64,000 nt of DNA, taken from positions 62,001 to 126,000 of the forward strand of contig NIVC01000942.1 of assembly GCA_002269645.1 (NCBI GenBank), written 5' to 3'. This stretch comes from Macrostomum lignano (taxonomy: Eukaryota). Numbering within the stretch: the stretch's first letter is position 1; the number at the start of each line of letters is the position of its first letter. Positions 12,987 to 25,292 of the stretch are shown here, one piece after another. The position numbers and the translations under genes were made by a program. The notes beneath the pieces are model-generated. The model searched no databases. It saw only the letters and a program-made list of their open reading frames with translations, and was not told where the DNA came from.

Positions 12987-15660
12987 CCCGGTGTAAAATG
13001 GTTAGCATGGTTGTGACACTCGAGGACACTCGCACTGTTACACCCTTCCAAAAATGACACTAAACGACACTTATCTCTACTGTCGCCGGCACGACACTGA
13101 CGTGCGACACTGCCCTAAGACATTGGCCTGGATTGTCGCCGGCACGACACTGACATGCGACACTGCCCTACGACACTGACATGCGACACTGCCCTACGAC
13201 ACTGGCCTGGACTGTCGCCGGCACGACACTGACATGCGACACTGCCCTACGACACTGGCCTGGACTGTCGCCGGCACGACACTGACATGCGACACTGCCC
13301 TAAGACATTGGCCTGGACTGTCGCCGGCACGACACTGACATGCGACACTGCCCTAAGACACTCATCTGACACTCATCCGACACTCATGTGACACTCATCC
13401 GACACTCATCTGACACTCATCCGACACTCATGTGACACTCATCCGACACTTATCTGACACTCATCCGACACTCATCTGACACTGCCCGACACGTATCCGA
13501 CACTGCCCGACACTTATCCGACACTCATCCCACACTGCCCGACATTCATCCGACACTCATCCGACACTGCCCGACACGCATCCGACACTCATCCGATACT
13601 GCCCGACGCTCATCCGACACTGCCCGACACTCATCCGACACTGCCCGACACTCATCCGACACTCATCCGACACTCATAGTCTTCGAAGGAAAAGTCAACA
13701 ACTAAAAGAAAGAATAAATCGGCTGATAACGATAAGTTCAGCAGTGAAAACACCGCCTACTGGATTGTCCGTTTTCAAGATCCGAAACGGCAAGTGGCTT
13801 CAGTTAGCCAGACCCAATTTTCAAACAGTTCCGGCACCGAGGGTCAGCAGGAATACTCCGTGAGAGATGAAGTACGAGTTCGAGTAGCCAAAGGTGGTAA
13901 CTCAAAGGCAGGCCTGCACGAAGCCACAATTTTCAAGGGCCCGTACTCCACTAAGGGACAATCGGAAGTTGCCTTAAAGTGCTGCAAGCTACAAAGCCGA
14001 GGCGGAGGAGAAGACTGCAGAGATCTTGCGGTTGCAAGAACAAGCTGAGAAGTTGCGCTCGTCGGCGGCCGCCGACAGACAAAGCGCAGAAAATATACTA
14101 GACAAGTATAAACGGAGCGTCGAGATGCTCAAGACTGAGTGCCGCGTCCTAGAGGAGACATTCACTGATGCCGCACTGGCTATGACTCGAAATCTAAATG
14201 TTGTCAAGGATAGCAAAAAGTCATGGCTGCAATCTTCGTCACTCAGTCGCAGTCCGGAGATGACACCGCCAGACTGCATGAGGCTACGAAAGCGCTGGAG
14301 AGTGTAGCAGTCTGCAGCATCATCCCAAACAGCAATAGTGCTGCAAATGATGTGTCATTGCTACAGAGCAGTGGTCTGTTCGAAGTCGGCGAGGATGCTT
14401 CAACCGAGGCTCAGGTCAGTTACGCTAACCTGAATGCAGATGTCAAAATTCCGGCCAGTAGCCTTGCCACGGCAAAAGGAGCTTTTCGTGAGCAATAAAA
14501 GGGTGCATCCGCCGGTTCTAACGAAGGCGATACCCAGAAAACAAACAAGAACGGAAAGAAGGGCCGGGCCGACAGAAGTCCGATACCATAGCATTGGACA
14601 GAGGTCTGCGAGTTCTCCTCCGGGCGTGTTTCACACCCGAGGAAATGGCCAAAACGGCGTGGCCAAGGAAGAGCCATCAAAGACGGCGCCAACAGACCGG
14701 CTGCCGATGAACGTCAAGCAACAGCCATAGAATCTTTTCTAGATGCAATGGGGCTGAAAAGCATCGGTCTGCGCAGAATTCCGCGTCTGTACAGTCACAT
14801 GTCGGAAGCTGCGAGAAAGAAGATGAACATTGGCGACGACAAGGCAGGTGACGGCGGCGATAAGGCAGGTGCGGCGACGAGGAAGATGACGCCAGCGACA
14901 AGGCCGACACGGAAACTTTCTAAAGTTTTCTAAAATGCAGTGACAGTGTATCGAGTGACCCGAACGTCTTTTTGTGACCCAAAATCTTTTTGTGAGATAC
15001 TTAGTGAATAAATCCACAATTTGCTTAATAAGCAGATTAAGCAACTTACTTCCTTGGATACAAAATTCATTCGCTACTTCTTGATTAGCTTCGCTACACG
15101 AGTTTCAGGCAGTGTCGGATGAGTGTCGGGCAGTGTCTGATGAGTGTCGGGCAGTGTCGGATGAGTGTCGGATGAGTGTCGGATGAGTGTCAGACGAGTG
15201 TCGGATTAGTGGCGTGCAGTATCGGATGAGTGTCAGACGAGTGTCGGATGAGTGTCAGACGAGTGTCGGATGAGTGTCAGACGAGTGTCGGATGAGTGTC
15301 GGGCAGTGTCGGATGAGTGTCGGGCAGTGTCAGACGAGTGTCGGATGAGTGTCAGACGAGTGTCGGGCAGTGTCGGATGAGTGTCGGATGAGTGTCAGAC
15401 GAGTGTCGTCAGCACGAGTGTCGGATGACTAGTGTCATCAGGTAGTGTCGTTAGGCAGTGTCGTTTTAGTCAAACTTGACAGTGCTAACCACTGTCATAT
15501 TTTAAGTGTCAGTCACTGTAGGTTCAGTGTCACTTTTTTCTTTTTCAGGTAAAGTGTCATTTTGCATCGACGGTGCGGACCCCTTTGCACTGTCAAACAC
15601 TTGGCCCAGTGTTAACAAGTGTCCTATAGTGTCGAAACCACCATACCATTTTACGCCGGG
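12987..15660 (+). mobile_element. Non-autonomous CMC/EnSpm(CACTA)-like DNA transposon, 2674 bp
   Basis: TIR CCCGGTGTAAAATGGT (12987) versus the reverse complement of the right end, CCCGGCGTAAAATGGT (15660): 15/16 match. AG is duplicated at 12985-12986 and 15661-15662. Subterminal GACACTCATCC arrays (~13050-13677) are mirrored as GGATGAGTGTC (~15105-15600). The superfamily is inferred from the CCC termini, 2-bp TSD and subterminal repeats. Confidence 0.8.
13680..14933 (+). pseudogene. Frameshifted cargo ORF: N-terminal YWIVRF segment, coiled coil and C-terminal BEN-like domain
   Basis: Pieces in different frames: TAYWIVRFQDPKRQVASVSQ; AEILRLQEQAEKLRSS..LDKYKRSVEMLK; GLRVLLRACFTPEEMAKT (14603-14656); RPAADERQATAIESFL..YSHMSEAARKKM. 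The last two follow the BEN pattern (LL..FT.EE.A / PALD....AI / ..RK). Confidence 0.55.
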
Positions 15661-17269
15661 AGGAGGCCACAGACAGTCCAGCACGGTAGGTCACAGACAG
15701 TCCAGCACAGGAGGCCACAGGCAGTCAAGCGCAGTAGGTCACACACAGTCCAGCACAGGTGACAGGCAGTCAAGAACAGTAGGTCACAGACAGTCCAGCA
15801 CAGGTGACAGGCAGTCAAGCACAGTAGGTCACAGACAGTCCAGCACAGGTGACAGGCAGTAAGTGACAGGCAGTCAAGCACAGTAGGTCACAGACAGTCT
15901 AGCACAAGTGACAGGCAGTCAAGCACAGTAGGTCACAGACAGTCTAGCACAAGTGACAGGCAGTCAAGCACAGTAGGTCACAGACAGTCTAGCACAAGTG
16001 ACAGGCAGTCAAGCACAGTAGGTCACAGACAGTCTAGCACAAGTGACAGGCAGTCAAGCACAGGAGGCCACAGACAGTCCAGCACAGGAGGCCACAGACA
16101 GTCTAGCACAAGTGACAGGCAGTCAAGCACAGCAGGTCACAGACAGTCAAGCACAGGAGATCACAGACAGTCCAGCACAGTAGGTCACAGACAGTCCAGC
16201 ACAGGAGGTCACAGACAGTCCAGCACAGTAGGTCACAGACAGTCCAGCACAGGAGGCCACAGACAGTCCAGCACAGGAGGCCACAGACAGTCCAGCACAG
16301 GAGGTCAGAGACAGTCCAGCACAGTAGGTCACAGACAGTCCAGCACAGGAGGCCACAGACAGTCCAGCACAGGAGGTCACAGACAGTCCAGCACAGTAGG
16401 TCACAGACAGTCCAGCACAGGAGGCCACAGACAGTCCAGCACAGGAGGTCACAGACAGTCCAGCACAGGAGGTCACAGACAGTCCAGCACAGGTGACAGG
16501 TAGTCAAGCACAGGAGGTCACAGACAGTCCAGCACAGGAGGCCACAGACAGTCCAGCACAGGTGACAGGCAGTCAAGCACAGTAGGTCACAGACAGTCAA
16601 GCACAGGAGATCACAGACAGTCCCGCACCACCGTGATTTTCTTGAGGCCCCACATCTCTTGAATCTGCAGTAAGCTCTACAATTATTGCGTCTTATTCTG
16701 CAAAGTAAGGCGGGTTCTCAGAGGCGACCTAATTAATTATGCATAAAGTTTACAAAAGCATGCAAGCAAGTCCACTATTGAATTTGCTATTGCCTGTTTG
16801 GGTGCAAACCCACGTGCCCTGCACACTAATATTTGCCCTGCATGCACAAGCTATGCTGTCGATAAATTCCCGGATTTAGAACATTTATTCGGCAATTTTA
16901 GTCTGCATCGTATAAATTTAAGTCCTGCCATTGATTCTGAAAGCAGGTGGTTTGTTGCCGCTGTGGTCAAGTGGGATGGCTTAGAACAGACATTGTTGCT
17001 TTGTATACTGCCTTTGGTGGCTGAAGTGACTGATCGGCTGTCACTCTTGGTATGCTAGAAATTTACGATGTCTGGAACCCTGCTGCCCTTTTAGTTCACT
17101 TTGGAAAGGTTAGAAATCGTTTTACAATACGTTCAGTGACTAAAACGATTACGTAGGGAGGACGAGACAAATGGCTTCTTTTCTCGGAAAACTTCTGAAA
17201 GCTGACGCTATGCGAAAAAGTATAAGTAGAAGAAAAGTAGTGAAAATTGTGACTTTCAACTAGTAGCTA

Positions 17270-18235
17270 GTGACTAGTGCAGCTAGTAATCTCTGTATTA
17301 AACAACTAGTACCCTCTTTAGTAAGCAAGCAACCTGTAACCTCTTTAGTAAGCAACTAGTAACCTCTTTAGTAAGCAATTAGTAACCTCTTTAGTAAGCA
17401 ATTAGTAACCTCTTTAGTAAGCAACTAGTAACCTCTTTAGTAAGCAATTAGTAACCTCTTTAGTAAGCAATTAGTAACCTCTTTAATAAGCAACTAGTAA
17501 CCTCTTTAGTAAGCAATTAGTAACCACTTTAGTAAGCAATTAGTAACCACTTTAGTAAGCAATTAGTAACCTCTTTAGTAAAAAAGTAGTATTCTCTTTA
17601 GTAAGCAATTAGTAACCTCTTTAGTAAGCAATTAGTAACCACTTTAGTAAGCAATTAGTAACCTCTTTAGTAAGCAATTAGTAACCACTTTAGTAAGCAA
17701 TTAGTAACCACTTTAGTAAGCAATTAGTAACCTCTTTAGTAAAAAAGTAGTATTCTCTTTAGTAAGCAATTAGTAACCTCTTTAGTAAGCAATTAGTAAC
17801 CACTTTAGTAAGCAATTAGTAACCTCTTTAGTAAAAAACTAGTATTCTCTTTAGTAAGCAATTAGTAACCTCTTTAGTAAGCAATTAGTAACCACTTTAG
17901 TAAGCAAGCAACCAACCTCTTTAGTAAGCAATTAGTAACCTCTTTAGTAAGCAACTAGTAACCTCTTTAGTAAGCAAGTAATTAGTAACCTCTTTAGAAA
18001 GAAATCAGTAACCTCTTTAGTAAGCAACTAGTAACCTCTTTAGTAAGCAAGAAATTAGTAACCTCTTTAGAAAGAAATCAGTAACCTCTTTAGTAAGCAA
18101 TTAGTAACCTCTTTAGTAAGAAACTAGTAACCTCTTTAGTAAACAACTAGTATCCTCTTTAGTAGGCAACTAGTAAAATTTTCAGTAGGCTAGGCAACTA
18201 GTAACCTCTTTAGCAAGCAATTAGTAACTTCTTTA
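17270..18235. repeat. ~22-23-bp AT-rich minisatellite (TAGTAACCTCTTTAGTAAGCAAT)
   Basis: About 40 visible tandem units. Confidence 0.9.
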
Positions 18236-18867
18236 GTTAGCAACAAAGTCTCTATTATCGTTCTCCAAAGCGTCTAAACGAAGCTAAAAGAACCTTTTTG
18301 AAAGTTTAATGTGATTTTTCTAGGCACCTGTTCCGTCCTCAGCCTTCTCTAGTGTTTGTTAATAAATCAAACACGCAGTGCATAGAACTGATGCAGCAGT
18401 TGCACTCGATCGATATCAGAGCGTTGCAAGCCACCTCCCTCCAGCATCCGGAACACGTATTTGCCATTGGGGCTAGAAGGCCTGACCGGAATGGCACTGG
18501 CCAAGGCAAACTTGGTGGCTAAGTGGGTACCGCATTTTGCTATATTTTTAGAAACTGGAACGCCCGATTTTGAGCGAGCAGCCAATGTGCCGCCGGGCGT
18601 TGCTGCTTCGTAAATATTGCAGCAGATGCGGCCGCTTTTTCAGCCTGAGCTGAGCTCGATTGAGAATTTTTTAACCTCGCGAAACCAACTGTAGAAGATG
18701 GAGTTTCTGCAGGATGAAAGCACCTGGGTAAAATTGTTGCTCTGTTAATTCTGCATCTTGTCTATCAGTAAATAATTGAGACTGCCTTGCCATTTGCCTT
18801 GCTGTCGACGAATTTATGAATTTTAATTCGAATTTTTCAATTCAATTTCTGGCGGCGCTGCCGATAG

Positions 18868-21120
18868 CGCCCTCGCCAGTCCCCGGAGGCCGCCGCGGCA
18901 GCTGGCTGGGAGACCGGCAGCCCCAACGCCACTCTCGCGGCTGCGCAGCTCGCCACGGCCATCCAGTCGGCCATCTGCCGGTTTGCCTACCCGCCGCTCA
19001 TCCTGCTTGGCGTCCTCTGCAACCTCGGCGCCCTGGCCGCCTTCCAGCAGCGCCGCCTGCGCCGCAGCCCCGTGTCGCTGGGCCTGTCGGCCCTGGCCGG
19101 CCTCGACACGTTCATGCTGCTGCTGAGCGCCGGCAGGTTCTGGAGCGGCCACCAGCTCGGCTTTAACTGGCAGCTGCGGAACCAGCCGGCCTGCCGGCTG
19201 AGCCTGTTCGCCGAGTACTGGGCTGCCGACTGCTCGGTGTGGACTCTGCTGCTCGTCACCGGCCAGCGCTGGGCCGCCACGCGGCTGCCGCTGCGCGCCG
19301 CCAAGCTGTGCAGCCGCAGGCGCACCGTGCAGCTCCTGGCCGCCGCCGCGCTCGCCTGCTCCGTCAAAAATGCGCCGCTGCTGGCCTGGGCACGAATCCG
19401 CGACCACCCGTTGTCAGGCCCGCGCTGCTTGATCGCCCACGACCGCCGGCTGTGGCTCGCCTTCGCGTGGACTGACGCCGCCTTTCGCTTCCTGCTGCCC
19501 TGGCCGCTGCTGGCGCTGCTCAACCTCAGCATCTGGCGCGGGGTGCGCGCCGCTGGGCGGTTTCGGCGCCAAGCTGGCGTCGATCAGTCTTTCAGATCGG
19601 CTGCCGGTGAGCCATCGATTTACGTATAGATAGACAGATACGCATATATATAGTACTTACCTACTTCAGAAGTAGAAACAATTCATTTTTTAGTATAGTG
19701 GACTAGCTATCTGCGCCCCCCCGTTAGGGAGGCAAGACAAAAAGAGAAAAATGATTGAATAAACTACATGTAGCTTTTGAGCGTAAGAGAAATGATGTAT
19801 GAAGCAACAAGCATCAGCCCTGAAAACCAGCCATCTAGTTTAAGATATCAGATGGAACCCTCATGAGCCACAGCATTTCAGCAAAACCCCAAAGAGTCTT
19901 GACATCTCAGAATTTTTTTAACATGAACATTGACAAATCAGCAATCCCCATGATTTAAATAGGGTTTTAATGTTAGTTTTTAGTTAAAGGCAGGGGACTT
20001 CAAGCGACATTGTCGCACAACCGGCGAGAGGCATTACTGCCCATTCCGCCGACTCCCCTGAGCAGGCATACAAGCGCGCGGATACGTACGCAGTCATCCG
20101 CACAGGCACACACACAGGAGTGTACAGCGGCCCTAACTTTATTTATCGTTAGGCATGTAAACTTCACTGTGCCTTGGGGGTTGGGCCTCAATTGCGTTAA
20201 TTGCACGAGCAGAGCCAAGTGGAGATTCCAATTTAGCCCCAAATTAATTTTACTGCAGTTGGAATCGAGCCTGCGCCGCTATCCCATCAGAGCACCGCAC
20301 TGGACCGACGGGCTACGGCCCCTGAGTTTTACCATAGACAAACTGGGTCAAGAAAACCCGTCTTGAAAAGACGTCAGGCATCCACAGAAACTATTTCGCT
20401 TAGTATATTCATCATGTCAATTTTACTTGGCGCGTACATGCAAAGAAGCACCATTGCACCCGCTGACACCCGATATGGCACCCGCTGAATCCGATATGAC
20501 ACTCACTGACACCCGATATGGCACCCGCTGACACCCGATATGGCACTCACTGACACCCGATATGGCACCCGCTGACACCTGATATGGCACTCACTGACAC
20601 CCGATATTGCTCCCGCTGACAACCATTTTGACACCCGCTGACATTCTATTTGACACCCGCTGACGCCCTTTTGACACCCGCTGACATTCTATTTGACACC
20701 CGCTTACACCCGACACGACTCCAAACCCCAATCAAACTCGAAGGTTCAACGGCCACCGCCGCAGACCCGACGCTGCCACTGCAGCAGCGGCAGCCGCCGA
20801 ACTCCTCGCCAAGTCGAGACGGCCGGCGGATGCTGACCCTGCTGGTTGGCGTCAACCTGCTGTTCCTCATCTGCCAGATCCCCTTCTGCGCCTTCTCACT
20901 GGCCGACTCCGCTCTCGGCCTCTACAGCGGCCTGTCCGAGAGTCCCGATGCCCAGGCCTACATCGCCCTGGCCACCAGCTTCCAGCTGAGCCTCACCCTG
21001 GTGTACGTGTCACACGCCGCCAACTTCTTCCTGTACTTCCTGTCGGGCCGCCTGTTTCGCCGAGCTCTACAGCGAATGCTTCGCCGGCGACGCGTGTGCC
21101 GATGCTGCTACTGTCAGTAG
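18868..21120 (+). CDS. Rhodopsin-class (class A) peptide-type GPCR: join(~18868..19606,20744..21120); possible first exon 18698..18727 (MEFLQDESTW)
   Basis: The frame open from 18868 gives an N-glycosylation site (PNAT), TM1 PLILLGVLCNLGAL, TM2 LSALAGLDTF, TM3 ACRL..SVWTLLLVTGQRWAA..PL and TM5 FLLPWPLLALLN. The second exon gives TM6 LLVGVNLLFLICQIP and TM7 SHAANFFLYFLSGRLFRRAL with a C-terminal CRCC. The phase-1 splice GT(19607)/AG(20742-43) is compatible. The 5' end is uncertain. Confidence 0.8.
20000..20322 (-). mobile_element. tRNA-headed SINE-like repeat; related fragments at ~26010-26045, ~26880-27035 and ~27265-27330
   Basis: The minus strand of 20259-20322 reads GGGGCCGTAGCCCGTCGG...GGCTCGATTCCAA, resembling A and B boxes. 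Body motifs AGCGACATTGTCGCACAACC and CACACAGG(A/G)TGTACAGCGG recur elsewhere in the window. Confidence 0.45.
20460..20705. repeat. 22-bp minisatellite (GACACCCGATATGGCACCCGCT) in the GPCR intron
   Basis: Direct tandem units. Confidence 0.85.
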
Positions 21121-21510
21121 CGAGATAGCGACTTGAGTTGAGAACGGCGTGTGCCGATGCTGCTACTGTCAGTAGCGAGATAGCGACTTGGGTTGAGAAC
21201 GGCGTGTGCCGATGCTGCTACTGTCAGTAGCGAGATAGCGACTTGAGTTGAGAATGGTGTGTGCTGATGCTGCTACTGTCAGTAGCGAGATAGCGACTTG
21301 AGTTGAGAACGGCGTGTGCCGATGCTGCTACTGTCAGTAGCGAGATAGCGACTTGAGTTGAGAACGGCGTGTGCCGATGCTGCTACTGTCAGTAGCGAGA
21401 TAGCGACTTGAGTTGAGAACGGCGTGTGCCGATGCTGCTACTGTCAGTAGCGAGATAGCGACTTGAGTTGAGAATGGTGTGTGCTGATGCTGCTACTGTC
21501 AGTAGCGAGA
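21085..21510 (+). repeat. 55-bp tandem repeat built from the last GPCR codons, stop and adjacent 3' UTR
   Basis: CGAGATAGCG starts at 21121, 21176, 21231, 21286, 21341, 21396, 21451 and 21506. Confidence 0.9.
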
Positions 21511-22134
21511 TAACGACCGCGACCTGAATTGAGAATGGCGTGCGCATGTCATCCTGATTGAAGTTTTCATGGAAGGCACGAATCTTCTCAAAGCTATAGA
21601 TGCACAAAATATATGCAAAATCCTGCTAAAATTGCATATTTACGAGTAACTTCAGGATGCTTCCTGACAATTTGTCATTATGCAAGCTTACTGAAATTAC
21701 ACTCGTGAAAAAAACTTTGAATCTTGCTAGCAATTGGGACATAATTAAAATGCATTTCTATTCTACGAGTAGCAATTGACAAGGATGAACAAATAATTCC
21801 TGGTACGACTTGAAGTTGATTTGACTAAATGGCTTCTCACGGGAGCAGAGCAATTCAGCGGCTATCATGTCTGTGTAGGAAGCTGTTTGCAATTAGCTGG
21901 TGATTGCATGTTGCTAAATTGAAGAAAAACTTGAAAAAAAATTAATGGCTCGATTCGATGCTTTCAGCACTGGAAAAGAAAGCAGGTGGCTGCAGTTCCA
22001 TGCGAAATAGAATCTTGTCTCTAAATTTTCGCGCAGTCGTCATGATTCTCAGGGTCCTCATTAGCAGGATCCCGCGCATCTTCCTAGTTGGCGCGAAAAA
22101 CACAGCGTAAATTCATTGGCTCTTGTGGCCCTGA

Positions 22135-22680
22135 TGGGCAGATGTGCAACCGCCAGCTCAGCCGCAGACAGACAAGCAGAGACAGGCAGACGGAGACAGA
22201 CAGGAGGAGACATGCTTGAAAGTCAGCATGAGCCTCTTAACATCCGATCGAAAGTACATTTGAAATTTTTTTAATGTACTATAATAACAATAATAACAAT
22301 AATAGTAATAATAATACAATAATAATAATAATAACAATAATAATAATACAACAACAATACTAAACAATAAACAATACTAAACAATACTACTACAACAATA
22401 ATAATACAAAATAATAATACAACAATAATAATAATAGTAATAATAATTATCCATTTTATAATTGATTACACCTGTCCTAATGGCCAGATGTGCAACCGCC
22501 AGCTCAGCTATTGCGAGGCGCATCTGAAAGCTGCGTACGCCTGTTCAGTCCAAGGACTGGGGGTTGCCACACACTCTCCATTACCCCAGCTAATGCTGGC
22601 ACCCATTTTACAGCTGAGTGAACTGAAGCAATGCAGAGTTAAGTGCCTTGCTCAAGGACACAAAGGCCAGACTCTTACAG
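22135..22680 (-). mobile_element. 5'-truncated SINE with an (AAT/AAC)n tail and flank, homologous to 47760-48191
   Basis: Shares CCCATTTTACAGCTG..TGAACTGAAGCAATGCAGAG..TG(C/T)CTTGCTCAAGGACACAA and GATGTGCAACC..CAGCTCAG with the 48-kb copy. Confidence 0.65.
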
Positions 22681-23454
22681 AATTCACCACGCCATTTTGT
22701 GCAGGACCTGGGGTCCTGGGGCCAACAGCCCCGATTCTTAACCCCAAAAATAGCTTGACCTCACCGGAAAAGTACCTAGGGACTTCGGACTTGCGCTCAC
22801 CACTTGAAGACTTAATGAGTATTAAACTCTCAATTCATAGGAAAATAACTGCAGGCCAAGGATTATGCAAGCAACAAGGACAAAAGCCAGCCTTTCTTGA
22901 TTTTGCTTCTTCTTTTAAGTGAAAAGCTTTCTTTGACTATACTTTTCACACTGGACAATTTTGTCAAACAGTTCCTCTTCTTTTTAAACTAAAACTGACG
23001 GTGCCACTAAAAGCCACTGCGATGGATTCAGCTGGTGAAATCGCAGCACTTTGCTCCCTTCGCCACTTGCACCTGTGGAAACAATAACAGATAGCATCCA
23101 ACTGAAAAAGAAACTGCTCTCTCTTCACTGAGAAAAATTCTCTGGATTTCATAGAAATAGAATTCCATACTAGAAAAACAGTTTACGGTTTCTCCAAGAC
23201 CGTGTCTAAAGAATTGAGTGCAAGCAGGCTTACGTTGTCCCTGGATACAGTGCAGCAACACTAAGAAATGCCTTCCTATTTGACCGGCCGAGTTCTCTGT
23301 TCTGTCTTCTGGAAAGGAAAAAAGAATTTCACACCATGGTGGGGAGGACGCTAAGCATAAAGCACCTCCAGCTCCCATGCTCACGTAGAAAAAGTGTTTG
23401 GAACTCCGGATTGTAGGATACTGCAGCAGCAAGTATCCTGAATCTGCGCCAGAG

Positions 23455-24433
23455 ATGCAAATCCATGCTTTTCTGTGCCTGTCGCTGGGCATTTTCCCTG
23501 CAGTCAAAGGCACCAACATTTCGCAGTGGATTCGAGTTCGAGACGACCTGCTCGGCGAGTACACCGAAATCGGAGCCGTGGCTGCCTCAAATGCCGTCGC
23601 GTGCTGCTCGAGCGGAATGACGGCTGCACACGCGGTGCAGTTCGATGAGGCTCAGAGACTGTGCCGACTGTTTGCGTGTCGCGGAGGCTGGCGCGGATGC
23701 AGGAAGTGCAGAAATGCTGCGAACTCCAGCCTGCCGTATGTCTGGGTGAGCTGATTAGTTCTAGTCTCCATGATTTCGTTGAAGCCGTCTCAGCTTCTAC
23801 TGGATGACGGGATTGCTCACATTTCAGGTTCGAAAGCTGGGAGACGGTCGCTCGTGCTGGCGGACATTCCAGCACCGAGTGGACGCCTCCGTCAATTTCA
23901 ACGAAAGCTGGGCCAAATACGCGAGCGGCTTCGGACAGGGCGAGAACGCGAACTTCTGGATCGGACTGGACAATCTGCACCTGCTCACGAGAGACGCCGC
24001 TCTCCCTGTTCGATGGGAGTTCAGCGACTGGAACGGAACTCTGAACTGGATGGAGAACGCCTTCTTTCAAGTCGATAGCGCGACTACAAAGTACAGAGTG
24101 AGCGTCGGAGAGCAGCTGATGGACAGGTCGACTGTGAAGCAGTGCTCCACCAGTAGCGAATCGGACATGAACGGCATGAAGTTCTCGACTTGGGATCAGG
24201 ACAACGATGACTATTCATCGGGAAGCTGCGCTACCTACTATGGTGGAGGCTGGTGGATGCAGTACTGCTGCTGCTTGTTCCCGAACGGTCCGTACGTGAG
24301 GCCGCCTGCCGCGCTAAATCTCCCGAAATACTCCCGTGGAATCTGCGTGAAGAACAGAGACGCCAATTACCCTTGGAACAAGGAGTACTCGATGAAGACG
24401 TTTGAAAGCCTGCTGATGGTTGGCATGGACTGA
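23455..24433 (+). CDS. Secreted PAN-like + fibrinogen-related domain (FReD) protein, copy 1: join(23455..23745,23828..24433)
   Basis: Signal peptide MQIHAFLCLSLGIFPAVKG. Cys-rich PAN-like segment ACCS..HAVQFDEAQRLCRLF. GT-AG phase-0 intron. FReD motifs WRTFQHRVDASVNFNESWAKYASGFG, FWIGLDNLHLLT, MNGMKFSTWDQDND, CA..YGGGWW...C. Confidence 0.88.
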
Positions 24434-25292
24434 GAGCTGGAAAGGAATAAAAAGTTTGCATGTTAGCAATAAAATCACAAGTGAAAGTCGGACATCAACA
24501 GACAGACAGGAACAGGAAGAAGTCACTGATCGCATGCTCTAATTGTGATGCACTGCGCTGCTTTTCTCGAGTCTAAGGAAGACAACATCGTAATTATGAA
24601 ATATACTTATGAAAGTAAACTTGCAGCCCTCTTGTGCGATGTGAGACAAGTTGTTAAGTTCTGGCATCAAAATAACTCGACTCAAACTTCAATATTTATC
24701 TATTGAAATTCTGTAATAGCGTCGTACGTGTATTCGAAAAGTTCACAGGGCTACGTGAGTAAAGTTAGCTTGGAATGCGTTAAAATTACGTTTTAAACAC
24801 GCCGGAAGGAGCCAAGCAAGTCAAAGCAGTTGCGAAATAAGCTGGCAGAGACCGAGAAAGCAAATCCCATGCCCAACGGAATTGGAGCCAAGCGTTATTT
24901 GTTTATTTGTTGATTCGTAAAAAATACATAAACAAATTGAGAAATTGCGGCGTAGACAAGATGAGCCGGGTGCATGGGCAACCCCCCCGCCTACACCAGA
25001 GTATAGAGGCATGTACAGCAGCAGGTAGAGTATACGATTGCAATAACACCTGAACCTCACTTAGGTTATGTCAGCTAGCTAAAAGTGGAATCGAACGCCG
25101 GAGGATACTGCCAGGACCCTTTTCCGTCCCTGTAGACTTCTTCAGTTGGCCTGACCAAGACGGGATTTCATCCATCAGCTGGGACGAACAGAAATTTCTT
25201 GCACTCTGCTCTTGCATGGCGACATTTCTTTGCCCGCCATGCAAGCTTTTCGCGCTACACTCTACTTATCAGTAGACTAAGTCTGAAAGATA

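Larger units (their letters stand above)
7656..13437 (+). repeat. Two tandem 2891-bp copies (7656-10546, 10547-13437) of an internally deleted ZMPSTE24 locus
   Basis: Identical ORFs recur at 6853/9744/12635, a 2891-bp period. Each copy starts with a 96-bp match to 2857-2952 fused directly to the intron-2 CT tract. Confidence 0.9.
12660..16625. repeat. ~24-bp minisatellite (CACAGACAGTCCAGCACAGGAGGT), split by a transposon at 12987-15660; left-part copies at ~6890-7204 and ~9780-10095
   Basis: Same-orientation units at 12660-12986 and 15661-16625. The unit GCACAG|GAGGCCAC is interrupted exactly at the insertion. Confidence 0.88.

Noticed and set aside
6853-16600. PAQEVTDS, GGHRQSS and CWTVCDLL repeat ORFs resembling antifreeze or adhesive proteins
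   Set aside because: A 24-bp minisatellite stays open in several frames, and it is interrupted by a transposon with no sign of selection.
18367-18585. Minus-strand ORF with a faint resemblance to an astacin C-terminus (GLQRSDIDRVQLL)
   Set aside because: No HExxH or Met-turn motif and no partner exons found.
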